A DNA stretch of 64,000 nucleotides from Patescibacteria group bacterium (lineage in GTDB: Bacteria > Patescibacteriota > Patescibacteriia > SBBC01 > CAIJZX01): contig JBBTRH010000007.1 of NCBI GenBank assembly GCA_038065275.1, forward strand, positions 2,873-66,872, written 5' to 3'. A model generated the notes under the pieces. The model made no database searches. It had not been told where the DNA came from and was given only the letters and a program-made list of their open reading frames with translations. Of this stretch, positions 48,715 to 58,351 are shown in pieces; within the stretch, counting starts at the first letter, position 1; each line of letters opens with the position of its first letter. Both the position numbers and the translations under genes were made by a program.

Positions 48715-49995
48715 GTGAGCCGGCTGTCCCAACGGAAATTGGCCAACGAATTTACCGTCATTTACGACCCCTTCGTCAGTTTGACCGTCGGGGTGGCCCT
48801 GGCCGTCATCGGCGGTTATCGCGACGACCAGGAGCGGCCGGGCATCCGCCACGCGCTTGAGCATAAACTCTGGCGTTCGACCCGGTTGCATCCGACCGGG
48901 ATGTCGTTCGCCCGTCATTGGGAACGGTTCACCCCGATGCTCCACGCCGAAACCGACAAATCGTCAGTGGTGTTCCACTGCGAGACGTCCCACCGGCATG
49001 TCCGGCCGGCTATCCGACTGATGGCCGAGATCGCTAAGCATCCGACCTTCCCGGCGGAACAAGTCCGGAAAGAAACGGAGCGGCTCCAAGAGGAGCGCGG
49101 CGACGAGGAAGACTCTCCCGAAACGAGATTGAACGAGGTGCTGGACCGGCTGATGTTCGCCGGCGACGGGCTCGGGCGCTCGGTTGATCGCGGCCACGCT
49201 ACCGTCGGCCAGTTCCGGCCCGCGGAACTGCGGACCCTCTACCGGCAGAAATTCGTCGGCCAACGCTTGGCGCTGATCGTGTCCGGAGGATTCACCCGTG
49301 ACCTGGTCGAACCGCTTATCACCCGGCTGTTCTCCGACCTCCCGCCCGGAACGGTTCACCAGTCGGCGGCGCTGAATTACCGCCGGCTCCGCGGCGGCAT
49401 CCGCCTGACCAGGGCCGAGTGCCAGAAACTGACGTTCCTGATCGGTTTCCCGACTTTCGGATTCGACCAGGAGTTGCCACGGATAGCCCTGGGCGTGATC
49501 CGCAACCACTTTTCCTCCCGGATCACTTCACGGCTGGGGATGAAGTTGGACGCCGCCGGGTTCGTTTACAGTTCCACCGACTCTTTGTGGTTCTGGCGTG
49601 ATGTCGGTCAATACTACTTTCAGGTTCCCCTCTTCCCCGAGAAGTTTTCCCGGGCCCTGGAAATCATCGCCGCTGAGCTCAATCTCCTCCGGGCCGAAGG
49701 CGTCACGGCTGACGACTTGGACCACGCCAAACATAACCTGGCCATGGAGGCCGGGGTCCGGTTCACCAAGCCGGAGGACGCCGCGCCGTTCTACGGCCGG
49801 GGGTGGGTGAATTGCGGCGGAGCGCCGGTACTCTCCGCCCCCCGTTACCGGCGGGTACTTGGGCGCGTCGATTGTCGCCTGACCCGCCGGGTAGCACGAA
49901 TGATCTTTACGAATGGGCGACTGGTTCTCGTCGCCCACGGACCGATCCCGAAGCTGACCAAGACGCAGATCCGTTCCTTACTGCGACTGCGTTGA
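48715..49995 (+). CDS. M16-family zinc metallopeptidase (pitrilysin-like)
   Basis: Inverted zinc motif HALEHKLW (HxxEH). GTG start 8 nt after AGGAGG. Confidence 0.75.
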   Translation: MSRLSQRKLANEFTVIYDPFVSLTVGVALAVIGGYRDDQERPGIRHALEHKLWRSTRLHPTGMSFARHWERFTPMLHAETDKSSVVFHCETSHRHVRPAIRLMAEIAKHPTFPAEQVRKETERLQEERGDEEDSPETRLNEVLDRLMFAGDGLGRSVDRGHATVGQFRPAELRTLYRQKFVGQRLALIVSGGFTRDLVEPLITRLFSDLPPGTVHQSAALNYRRLRGGIRLTRAECQKLTFLIGFPTFGFDQELPRIALGVIRNHFSSRITSRLGMKLDAAGFVYSSTDSLWFWRDVGQYYFQVPLFPEKFSRALEIIAAELNLLRAEGVTADDLDHAKHNLAMEAGVRFTKPEDAAPFYGRGWVNCGGAPVLSAPRYRRVLGRVDCRLTRRVARMIFTNGRLVLVAHGPIPKLTKTQIRSLLRLR

Positions 49996-49996
49996 C

Positions 49997-50024
49997 CCCT
50001 GTACCCACGGGGGTTTTTCTTAAA
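49997..50024 (+). terminator. Intrinsic terminator after the M16 peptidase gene
   Basis: CCCCTGTACCCACGGGGG followed by TTTTTCTT. Confidence 0.65.
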
Positions 50025-50391
50025 AAAATACCCGCCGGTCGTGTGCCGAAGACCGAACACGCGACCGGACGGGGTTTAGGGGTACTGTTGGCTCCCTCGG
50101 GAGCCAGAGGGGGGGGAACCCCGATCAGATTCAAAGAGCTCTGGAGCCAGAGGGTGCGGACGTCGATCTCACCGGGCTAGAAGCAGCCCGACGAGATCAT
50201 GTAGCGGCAGACCGCCTCCTGGAGGGTATACCAGAAGGGGATGAAAACCTGCACTTCCCCGTTGATGTCCCAGTCGGCGAGCGCCTTGCCTGCCGCCGCT
50301 GACATGACTGCCGTCGCTACCAGCGTCCGCCGCAGCTTCAGGAATTTCCGCACACGTATCACCTCCTCTCCTCTGGAATAGCCAGCTCCGG

Positions 50392-51156
50392 CTACGGTCC
50401 GACGCTGGCTCGTTGCGCCAGTACTGGATTCCGCTCCAGGGTGAGTTGCCGGCCGATCACGCTGATCTGGATACCGACAATATCCTTAAAGTCGAAGTCC
50501 CGGCCGGCATTCTGGAAACCGACAAGAAACGTGTTCGTTGTCGGTCGATCCTGGTACAACGGACTTTTGTCCCAGAGCTGCCGAAGCTCGGCTTGACTGT
50601 AGAGAATCTTCCAACTAAGCATGGCCTTCATCTGCCAGCAGTGATGCTCGATGACCGAACTTGGATTGCTCACCGTGGGCCGCGGTTCCGGCAGCGTTAC
50701 TGGTCCGATCGAGGACACCACCCGACCATCGGATAGCCGTATGGTCACCTTGTCCTTGTCTGATGCTCGCCAACTCGGACGCCCAGACTGAGGGAAGGGG
50801 CCCGTGACGGACATATTGACGATGAGGAACGTCAGGTTCTCGAGCGGATGGTACTGCTGATCCTTGAGTACGATCCGTTTCCAGAAGTAACCGCTCGACG
50901 TGCCCCGCGCCCACTTTTCCCAGGCATTCGGTCCGCAGTTGACGCACGAGTTCCGGGCGGCGTGTTGCGTGTCCGAAAAGCTCAGTCGCCGTCCGCGGTA
51001 CATCGCTCCGGAATCGACGGTGACCTCGAGGGTATCGTCGCCGGCGGTCGAGAAATACAGTTTCCCGCGCCAAGGAGCCTGCTCATACGAACTGGCCCGC
51101 GCCTCCGACAGCAGTCCGGCTGCCAGCACCAATATCAGCAACCACCGCCATCTCAT
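50392..51156 (-). CDS. Secreted hypothetical protein
   Basis: Start at Met24 (MRWRWLLILVLAAGLLSEARA signal peptide) with GAGGTG upstream. ATGA overlap with the upstream membrane-protein gene. Confidence 0.55.
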   Translation of the reverse strand: MRWRWLLILVLAAGLLSEARASSYEQAPWRGKLYFSTAGDDTLEVTVDSGAMYRGRRLSFSDTQHAARNSCVNCGPNAWEKWARGTSSGYFWKRIVLKDQQYHPLENLTFLIVNMSVTGPFPQSGRPSWRASDKDKVTIRLSDGRVVSSIGPVTLPEPRPTVSNPSSVIEHHCWQMKAMLSWKILYSQAELRQLWDKSPLYQDRPTTNTFLVGFQNAGRDFDFKDIVGIQISVIGRQLTLERNPVLAQRASVGP

Positions 51157-51626
51157 ACGGCACCTCGCGATCCGGGGCTGATCAGCGGCGCCGGAGCGAC
51201 GCTGTGTTTGCGGGTGACCAACCAACTCGCCGTGATGAAACCAGCGAGTTGCATGAACTTATCAACCAGCGGCCATGTCGGCCAACTACGTTGCAACTGT
51301 TCGCCGACAGTCACCAAATAGATGAGGTTGAACAGGGTGTAAACGACCAGGATCAGACTGGTCGTCAGGTACAGCTCGACGAACTTCGACCAGCGCGGCG
51401 CATTGGGGTTCACGACGTGCATGAACTTCCAGACCAGACCGGTCCAGAGGAACAGCCCTATCGAGAAACCGATGACTGTGCCGAGCATGTCTTTCCCCAG
51501 ATCGAATCGGAGCAATCCGTAGGCGTCGAACGCCCAGCGCTTGATGACCTGCGTGACCGTCAGCACGATCATCATCAAGATGATGAGAGACGGATTGCCA
51601 GCCATCGCAGTCCTTTGAGGATCCAT
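51153..51626 (-). CDS. Hypothetical integral membrane protein (about 4 TM)
   Basis: Start at Met9 (MDPQRTAMAGNPSLIILMMIVL…), preceded by AAGGAGA. Confidence 0.55.
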   Translation of the reverse strand: MDPQRTAMAGNPSLIILMMIVLTVTQVIKRWAFDAYGLLRFDLGKDMLGTVIGFSIGLFLWTGLVWKFMHVVNPNAPRWSKFVELYLTTSLILVVYTLFNLIYLVTVGEQLQRSWPTWPLVDKFMQLAGFITASWLVTRKHSVAPAPLISPGSRGAV

Positions 51627-51983
51627 GGTTGATTCTCCTTTTGTTGTCAAAGATCGCCGGAACCCAGCGATCTATGGGGTCTGCCTATGCTAAATAGTCG
51701 CTAATGCTGGGTTTCTACCCCCACCCTACTCCTCCACTTTTCGTTCGTCAAGGCAACTCCCCCCTCACGAACGGCGTGGACATGAAAAAGGGTGCTGGTG
51801 TCAACGGCTGATGGAGGTGCCAGACTCACCGTTGACGTTCTCTCCGTCGGAGGGGCCTCCGGCAGCGGAGGGGGGACCTCGACATCAGGGACGGATCGGC
51901 GGATCGCGGGTCCAGCCGATTTTAGTCCAACCAGCACCCAACAATTACAGTATAGCCCTCCGGCTGGTAGCTGGCTATATCGC

Positions 51984-52012
51984 TTGATGGACACCACAGG
52001 TTGTGGTACACT
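51984..52012 (+). promoter_or_regulatory. Candidate sigma70 promoter of rpsT
   Basis: TTGATG-N17-TACACT, about 35 nt upstream of the rpsT ATG. Confidence 0.4.
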
Positions 52013-52048
52013 CCGCCTGCTTGGCTGTTTATTTATTCCTGACTCGTC

Positions 52049-52309
52049 ATGCCCACTACTACCGCCGCCGCTAAAGCTTACCGCCAGAATCTTAAAGCTC
52101 GGGCGCGCAACGCGATCGTCAAGCATCAACTGAAAAAACTCCAGGTCCGGCTCCGGAAAGCGCTCACCGCCAACCAGACCGACCAGGTGAAGACCGTCGC
52201 TCAGGAACTCGTCCGTGCCTACGACAAAGCGGCCCAGAAGAAGGTCATCACTCGGAACACCGCGGCCCGCAAGAAGTCGCGGTTAGCCGCCGCGTTGCGG
52301 TCAGCCTAG
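52049..52309 (+). CDS. rpsT: 30S ribosomal protein S20
   Basis: 86 aa, basic: MPTTTAAAKAYRQNLKARARN…. Confidence 0.9.
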   Translation: MPTTTAAAKAYRQNLKARARNAIVKHQLKKLQVRLRKALTANQTDQVKTVAQELVRAYDKAAQKKVITRNTAARKKSRLAAALRSA

Positions 52310-53301
52310 CGTTCAATCAGAATCAGATCGAGCAACGTCTCTGCGTCGAGCGGCGACGTTTTAAGATCGTGGTCAATCTCAAGCAGGCGATGGTGGAGAT
52401 CGCGTAGTTCAGCGGGCCGGAAATGCGATGTCTGGGCTAACGCTTTTTGGACGACGTACGGGTGCAGGCTAAGTTCGGCCGCGATCGCCGCCGGGCTGAG
52501 GCCGCGTTCCTTGGTCCGCTGCACCTGCCACAAATTACGGACATGGCTGGCCAGCGTGGCGATCAGGGCGAACTCGTTCGATCCGGCGGACAATTCGCGG
52601 TGCAGTAACTCAAGCGCCCGCGCGGTCTGACGCTGGCCAAGCGCGTCGGTCAAGGCAAAGATGTCGCTGGCGTATTCGCTCTTGACCATGGCGTCGACAT
52701 CGGCCACGGTCACGACGCGGCCGGCGGCGTAGGCCAACAGCTTCTCCAGTTCCGTCGCCATCCGCCAGGAATCCCGATTGCACAGCGCCACCAGGCGCTG
52801 GGCCGCGGCGGGATCGAGCAGGCCGGCTTGTGCTTGAGCTTCCCGGCCCAGCCAGGCCACGGCTTGCGCCGCCGTCAGCTGGGCGAATGTTTCACGTTTT
52901 TCCTTCGGCAGGACCAGTTGGCCGGGCGCTGTTCGTCCGGTAGTTTTGGCGCGTGACCCCGCCGCCGGTCGCCTGGCGGAACGCTCCGGCTCTGCCAGCA
53001 GGTCACGAATAACAACCACTACGTCGCTGTCCTTCGCCGCGACCGGTTCGAGTAGCGACGACAAGCGGTCTGGTTTGAGCGGCCCGTCAGGCGCATAGCG
53101 GTCAAGGGCGACAAATCGTTTGGCCGCAAAAAAACCCGTCGTCGTGACGGCGGTCCGCAGTTCTTCCAGGCTCGTCGTGGCGCCGTCGAGCGTCACGGTA
53201 TTGAACCCGCGCGGATCGTGCTTGGCTACGAATGCCGACCGCAGTTCGGCCAGTCGTTGGGCTGAACGGTAGGTGTCGGCGCCGGTCAGGTGGATGGTCA
53301 T
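52306..53301 (-). CDS. holA: DNA polymerase III subunit delta
   Basis: Start at Met22 (MTIHLTGADTYRSAQRLAEL…), typical HolA N-terminus. The tracked N-terminal extension reads through hairpin element copy 6. Confidence 0.75.
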   Translation of the reverse strand: MTIHLTGADTYRSAQRLAELRSAFVAKHDPRGFNTVTLDGATTSLEELRTAVTTTGFFAAKRFVALDRYAPDGPLKPDRLSSLLEPVAAKDSDVVVVIRDLLAEPERSARRPAAGSRAKTTGRTAPGQLVLPKEKRETFAQLTAAQAVAWLGREAQAQAGLLDPAAAQRLVALCNRDSWRMATELEKLLAYAAGRVVTVADVDAMVKSEYASDIFALTDALGQRQTARALELLHRELSAGSNEFALIATLASHVRNLWQVQRTKERGLSPAAIAAELSLHPYVVQKALAQTSHFRPAELRDLHHRLLEIDHDLKTSPLDAETLLDLILIER

Positions 53302-53402
53302 CCCGTTAGAGGTGATGGAAATAAGAACATATCGAACTGCTTCTGGTGGATGCTTGGAGTGCACCTAATGGAAATAACATAGTATTCGTCACCTCTAACG
53401 AG
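53302..53402. repeat. CCCGTTAGA hairpin element, copy 6
   Basis: CCCGTTAGAGGTGA (53302-53315) and TCACCTCTAACGAG (53389-53402). It begins at the base after the holA ATG. Confidence 0.7.
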
Positions 53403-53521
53403 ATCATGGCGTTGACCTCATCAGAGACAGTTTCCGTCCAACCGGACAATAAGACGACTATGCGTAACGAGGAAACAATGGTTGGGTTTGAACATGATCA
53501 TGCCCACGCTAATGGAGTTGG

Positions 53522-53617
53522 CCCCGTTAGAGGCGAAAGTTGTTTGCCTCAGTTAGCTGGTGCGATTCCGGACGCCGGAAAGATCAACCGTTCTCTTGAT
53601 ATCAGCGTCTAACGGGG
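53522..53617. repeat. CCCGTTAGA hairpin element, copy 7
   Basis: CCCCGTTAGAGGCG (53522-53535) and CGTCTAACGGGG (53606-53617), immediately followed by TTGACA. Confidence 0.7.
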
Positions 53618-53646
53618 TTGACAATCGGTCTTCCTTCTGCTAGCAT
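53618..53646 (+). promoter_or_regulatory. Sigma70-type promoter TTGACA-N17-TAGCAT
   Basis: The -35 hexamer directly abuts the right arm of hairpin copy 7. The gene starts about 55 nt downstream. Confidence 0.5.
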
Positions 53647-53704
53647 CAGGCGTTATCGTAACAGTATCACGGTTGGAACACAACGCACCTTCAAGGAGGA
53701 ACGC

Positions 53705-53956
53705 ATGATCCATCTGTCGCGGTATCATCGCTGGCGGTTGCGCCAGTTGGGCCTGACGGCGCGATCCGGCTCACCCGACAAGTGTTCCGGGGCTGATCTC
53801 GACCGGGTACTTCCGCGGCATTTCCCGCTCTCTCTAACCAGTGAGACCAGTGATCCGCCGGCTGGTGCCGATGCGCCGCACACGAATCAGGAACTGAACG
53901 TGATCATCAGCGGCTCGGCCGGAGGAATTCTCCCACCGCGTCTGCGCCAGAAGTAG
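53705..53956 (+). CDS. Hypothetical protein (83 aa)
   Basis: Met30 of the tracked ORF, preceded by AAGGAGGA. Low-complexity sequence, so it may be non-functional. Confidence 0.35.
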   Translation: MIHLSRYHRWRLRQLGLTARSGSPDKCSGADLDRVLPRHFPLSLTSETSDPPAGADAPHTNQELNVIISGSAGGILPPRLRQK

Positions 53957-53968
53957 CGGGGACGACTC

Positions 53969-54070
53969 ATGCATCTTGGTCAACTGCTCTTCCTGATCGC
54001 GGTCGCCGCCGCGATTCTCCCGGTCTTTCGCCTGATCTGGAATCACGGTGACCGCTTCCCCAAGCGCTGA
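53969..54070 (+). CDS. Candidate 33-aa hydrophobic micropeptide
   Basis: MHLGQLLFLIAVAAAILPVFRLIWNHGDRFPKR: one predicted TM helix, ending inside the terminator. Confidence 0.25.
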   Translation: MHLGQLLFLIAVAAAILPVFRLIWNHGDRFPKR

Positions 54071-54094
54071 TTACAAGATCGGCGCTCTTTTTTC
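54063..54094 (+). terminator. Intrinsic terminator
   Basis: AGCGC-N14-GCGCT followed by a T6 run. Confidence 0.6.
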
Positions 54095-54140
54095 TGTGGA
54101 CAGTTACATGTTGACATTGATGGGGAAGTAAGAATAGACT

Positions 54141-54438
54141 ACCAATAACCGTGTGTCGTTTCCTTCGCTCCCTTTGCGGGGCCACGGAATCGGCGTGCGG
54201 ATGTCCGCAGGCGTCTTCCCCTTTCTCCAATTGTGGAGAGTGGCACATGAAGTGTCATTGTTGCTGGGACCACCCCGGCTAGCGCCGCCGCCTCGGCAAC
54301 ACAGCTCGTCCCCTAGCTCACGACCATCCGACCTCCTTCGGGAGGACTACGACCGCCGGGTCCGCTACAGTCGCCCTTCGGGGCCGCTCCAGGACCACAA
54401 AGTCATCGAAAGGCCGCTGTGAGCTAGGGGTCTTTTTT
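54141..54438 (+). ncRNA. Candidate structured RNA (~300 nt), class unknown
   Basis: Putative promoter TTGACA (54111-54116)-N18-TAGACT (54135-54140). GC-rich body with two UUCG-capped hairpins (CCUCC-UUCG-GGAGG; GCCC-UUCG-GGGC), a UGUUGC/GCAACA stem, and a 12-bp long-range helix CCCCTAGCTCAC (54310-54321) / GTGAGCTAGGGG (54419-54430) that ends in a T8 run. No RNase P, tmRNA or SRP hallmark was found. The overlapping 89-aa ORF is Pro/Arg-rich and unconvincing. Confidence 0.3.
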
Positions 54439-54774
54439 ATACTCCTCCCCTGTACTGGAGGGGATGGGGAGGAAGTGAAGCCGAGCGAAGCGAGAGCTGA
54501 ACGACGGAGAGGGGTCGGTATGCCGGGAATTATTGTTCGTTCTCGACATCGCTTTCTTCGTCACCTAGGGCAGGAGCCTCGTTCGATTCGTTATCCCCGA
54601 CGTCGCCCGTCACGACTTCGGGTGTTTCCGGTTTTTCGTCGTCTGGCGGATCTTTCACGTATTCCCGACCCACCCGATCGTCGACTTCATGTTCAGTTTC
54701 CTCGTCCTCAAACCCCGTATCCTTTGGCTCGCGATCTTCTGGACCCATTGTTGTATACTTAAGTTGATAAAGCG

Positions 54775-55359
54775 TTATTGGTTCATCATCCCCTTAAGCG
54801 ATTTGACGACCGAGGTCAGGACCATCACCCCGTCTTCTCCGCCGAGGTGGCGTTTCTGGTGCTCGATGACCAGTTTAGCCCCGAGTTCCCTGACGAAGAG
54901 TTTGCCGGCCTCTACCGGGACATATTGATCGTCGTCGGACATGATGGCGGTCAGGTTTTCAAAATGCGAACGAATCTTCGGCCAGTTTAGCGGCCGTTCG
55001 AGCCAGGGCGTCGCGACCGCGGCCGCTTCTTCGTCTTCCATCGCCACCGGTTTGAGCGTCACCCATCCGGCCACTAGCACCACCCCGCCAACTTTCACTC
55101 CCGCCGGCAAGGTTTCGAGATAGCGCAATATCGCCTGACAGCCGATGCTGTGGCCAACCATGAATGTTTGCTCATCGGCCCGACCGACAACGTGTTTGAG
55201 AAACGGCACCCAGGTGTCGATGGTCGGATGAGCCGGATCGGGCATGGCCGGCACATGAACTTCAACGCCCTCTGCCTCAAGTTTTTTCTTCAACCAGGGA
55301 AACCAGCCCTCCTGCGGCGATCCTTCCCAGCCGTGAATAATAAATACCCTCTTAGTCAT
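54775..55359 (-). CDS. Alpha/beta-hydrolase-fold serine hydrolase (YdeN/RBBP9-like)
   Basis: MVGHSIGCQA (GxSxG nucleophile elbow); about 190 aa with a small alpha/beta fold. Confidence 0.7.
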   Translation of the reverse strand: MTKRVFIIHGWEGSPQEGWFPWLKKKLEAEGVEVHVPAMPDPAHPTIDTWVPFLKHVVGRADEQTFMVGHSIGCQAILRYLETLPAGVKVGGVVLVAGWVTLKPVAMEDEEAAAVATPWLERPLNWPKIRSHFENLTAIMSDDDQYVPVEAGKLFVRELGAKLVIEHQKRHLGGEDGVMVLTSVVKSLKGMMNQ

Positions 55360-55481
55360 ATATTAATTAGAGGCCGTCCTTGCCCCGCACCCGACGAGCG
55401 GCTGAGGAGCGGTGCGGGGCCAACCGTGGATGATGAAAACTCGTTGTTTCATGATTTATCGTCCGTAGTCAACACCCCTCC

Positions 55482-58256
55482 TTAGTCGAGGAGGGGTTTC
55501 TGCGCGAGGGCGCAGAAAAGGGGTGGGCATTTCGCCTCCCCCCAATTCTTCCCCACCCCCACCCCCACCTCAATCGGCACATTCAATGTGTACACACTAT
55601 CCATCGTCTTCTGCAGAAACTTGCTCACCCTTTCAACGTCATCAACCGGCGCCTCGACCACCAATTCATCATGCACCTGCAGTAACAACCTGGCCTGGGG
55701 GCTGATTTTTGGCAATTCGGCGTGCACTTTAATCATCGCCATCTTCATCAGGTCCGCCGCCGTCCCCTGGATCGGCGCGTTAATGGCTTGCCGTTCGGCC
55801 GACGCCACCAACATTCCATTCGATGAGTTTATTTCCGGAAAATACCGTCGTCGGCCGAACAACGTTTCCACGTAGCCTTTTTCATGAGCCAGTTTCTTGG
55901 TGTTGTCAATCCAGGTTTTGATGTTCTGGTGGATGGCGAAGTACTTGTCGATGAATTCCTTGGCCTGCTGGCGCGAAATTCCTTCGCCCTGGGCCAGGCC
56001 GACGTACCCGAGACCGTAGATGATGCCGAAGTTCACCGCCTTGGCCGCCCGGCGCATCTGGTGCGTCACTTTATCGAGCGGCACGCCGTTGATGTTGGCG
56101 GCGGTGCGGGCGTGAATGTCTTCGCCTTTTCGAAAAGATTCCATCATGGCCTCGTCCTTCGCCATCGAGGCCACGATACGCAATTCAATTTGCGAATAGT
56201 CAGCCGACAGCAGGCGGAAACCGCGTTCGGCGATGAAGGCTTTGCGGATTTCCGCGCCGAGTTCGGTGCGAATCGGAATGTTTTGCAGATTTGGATCGGA
56301 CGAGGATAGCCGGCCGGTGGCGGCGACGGTTTGGTTGTAGCTCGTGTGCACTCGGCCGGTTTTTTCGTTCACCAATTCGGGCAAGGCGTCGATATAGGTT
56401 GACAGAAGTTTCGCCAGTTCTCGCTGTTGAGAAATCAGCGGGATAATCGGATGACGGTCCTTCATTTTCTCCAGTTCATCGGCCGCCGTCGAGACGCCGG
56501 TTTTCGTTTTTCCTAATCCGGCCGTCGAGATTTTTAGTGTTTCAAACAACACCTCTTTCAACTGGAGCGGTGAGTTGATGTTAAACTCGTGTCCGGCGAG
56601 TTCATAAATCTTCGATTCGATCTTCTTCAGGTCGCCGCGTATGCGCTTCGACATGGCCGCTAAAAATTCCGTATCAATTTTGATGCCGGCTAGTTCCATG
56701 TCGGTCAGGACTCGCACCAACGGCATCTCCATTGATTCAAAGACGCCGCTGACGTCCGCCGCCTCAAGTTTCGGCCGGAGCCGTTCCACTAAGCGCCAGG
56801 TAAAATCCGCGTCTTCGCTCGAATACCACGACAGTTTTTCGAGCGGCACGTCGGCCATCGAAAGTTGCTTTTTTCCTTTCGGCCCAATCAGCGCCTGAAT
56901 CGGCATCATTTCGTACCCGAACTCCGTAAAGGCCAGTGCGTCGAGGGAGTGCTGGCGCGTGCCAGGGTTTAGCAAATATGACGCCAGCATCGAATCGAAA
57001 CTCATCGGATTCAGTCGAATATCGCTCATGGCCAACACCGCAGCATCAAATTTCATATTATGCCCGTACTTCTCTGTTTTTTCATCCTCCAGGATTGGTT
57101 TAAGAGTTTTCAGCCATTCTGGCTTCGCTACTACATACCAACCCTCTCCGGCTTCCCAGGAAAAACTAAGTCCAAGAAGTTTCGCTCTCCAAGGATCAAG
57201 TCCGGTCGTTTCAGTATCAACAGCAAATTCACTTTTTCTCCCCAATTCACCAATGAACTTTCCCCACGTCGCCTCATCATTCACCAGGGTATATTTGTGT
57301 CCCTCTTTCTTCGGCGCCGGCGCGGACAAATCGAAGCGCATGGCCGCTTGTTTGCCTGTCTTGGCGTCGATCTCCGGCAGTTTTGTCAGGAGCGACTTAA
57401 AATTTAAATCCTGAAACATGCTCACGACTTTCGACCGGTCATAATGCTTGATGGCGGCGGTGTTGACATCAAAATCAATCGGCACGTCGCGCTTGATGGT
57501 GGCAAGTTTTTTCGACAAGAACGCGTCGGTCTTGTGCGACAGCAATTTTTCACGAATCAACCCGCGAATAGCTTGAGATTTTCTTGTATTGTCAGCCAGC
57601 GCGGTGTAGAGATCTTCCAGGGTATCGAAGTTTTGCAGTAATTCAGTGGCCGTCTTTTCGCCAATGCCTTTGACTCCCGGAATGTTGTCCGCGGCGTCGC
57701 CACGCAGGGCTTTGTAGTCGATGATTTGGTCCGGTCGCAAACCGTATCGCTCCTTCACCCCGGCCGAATCGTACAGAGCGGTGTCGCTCAATCCTTTGCG
57801 CATGGTGAAGACCTTGGTGTGCTCGTCGACTAACTGCATCGTGTCCATGTCGCCGGTCAAAATGACTTTCTCAACCCCCTTAGCCTCTTTGGTGATAGTC
57901 CCAATGACATCGTCCGCCTCAAAACCCTGTTGTTCGTAGATCGGAATATTGAAGCTCTTGACCATCTCCTTGACCCGCGGAATCTGCTCGTACAATTCAT
58001 CCGGCGCTTTGACTCGCGTGGCTTTATATTCCTTGTACATCTCGTCCCGGAACGTCGGCCCCTTCAAGTCAAATGTGGCCACGATGTGCGTCGGCTTCAG
58101 CTCTTTCCAGGCTTTTAACAACGACGAAGCAAACCCGTAGACCGCGTTCACCTGCTCACCCTTCACGTTCGTCAACGGCGGCAACGCATGAAAACTCCGG
58201 TGTACTAAAGCATTCCCATCAATGATTAAGAGTTTCTGCTTAGCGGGCATGAGCAC
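55482..58256 (-). CDS. polA: DNA polymerase I
   Basis: 5'-3' exonuclease N-terminus, 3'-5' exo domain, and polymerase motifs including RRAAKAVNFGIIYG and HDELV. Confidence 0.95.
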   Translation of the reverse strand: MLMPAKQKLLIIDGNALVHRSFHALPPLTNVKGEQVNAVYGFASSLLKAWKELKPTHIVATFDLKGPTFRDEMYKEYKATRVKAPDELYEQIPRVKEMVKSFNIPIYEQQGFEADDVIGTITKEAKGVEKVILTGDMDTMQLVDEHTKVFTMRKGLSDTALYDSAGVKERYGLRPDQIIDYKALRGDAADNIPGVKGIGEKTATELLQNFDTLEDLYTALADNTRKSQAIRGLIREKLLSHKTDAFLSKKLATIKRDVPIDFDVNTAAIKHYDRSKVVSMFQDLNFKSLLTKLPEIDAKTGKQAAMRFDLSAPAPKKEGHKYTLVNDEATWGKFIGELGRKSEFAVDTETTGLDPWRAKLLGLSFSWEAGEGWYVVAKPEWLKTLKPILEDEKTEKYGHNMKFDAAVLAMSDIRLNPMSFDSMLASYLLNPGTRQHSLDALAFTEFGYEMMPIQALIGPKGKKQLSMADVPLEKLSWYSSEDADFTWRLVERLRPKLEAADVSGVFESMEMPLVRVLTDMELAGIKIDTEFLAAMSKRIRGDLKKIESKIYELAGHEFNINSPLQLKEVLFETLKISTAGLGKTKTGVSTAADELEKMKDRHPIIPLISQQRELAKLLSTYIDALPELVNEKTGRVHTSYNQTVAATGRLSSSDPNLQNIPIRTELGAEIRKAFIAERGFRLLSADYSQIELRIVASMAKDEAMMESFRKGEDIHARTAANINGVPLDKVTHQMRRAAKAVNFGIIYGLGYVGLAQGEGISRQQAKEFIDKYFAIHQNIKTWIDNTKKLAHEKGYVETLFGRRRYFPEINSSNGMLVASAERQAINAPIQGTAADLMKMAMIKVHAELPKISPQARLLLQVHDELVVEAPVDDVERVSKFLQKTMDSVYTLNVPIEVGVGVGKNWGEAKCPPLFCALAQKPLLD

Positions 58257-58351
58257 ATTCTACCACGATGGGAGTACGAGTTGTAGGATTTAGGATTTAA
58301 GACTTAAGAATTAAGCTTTTGCGCGAAACGTTTTCCAACCTTCCGCTTAAA

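Noticed and set aside
50177-50362. 61-aa minus-strand ORF after the M16 peptidase terminator
   Set aside because: The GTG start sits directly on the SD with no spacer. A signal-peptide-like segment is present but support is weak, so it is not listed as a feature.
51701-52133. Overlapping 142-aa minus-strand and 113-aa plus-strand ORFs upstream of rpsT
   Set aside because: Mutually exclusive, low-complexity translations. The region more likely holds the rpsT promoter and leader and contains an 8-bp stem structure.
54153-54422. 89-aa ORF as a protein-coding gene
   Set aside because: It is Pro/Arg/Ser-rich with low complexity. The same interval has strong RNA-like secondary structure, with GTG start context only. 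Kept as an RNA candidate instead.
54530-54748. 72-aa highly acidic ORF (minus strand) downstream of the alpha/beta hydrolase
   Set aside because: Extreme Asp/Glu composition and no RBS. It could be a disordered protein, but the evidence is insufficient.
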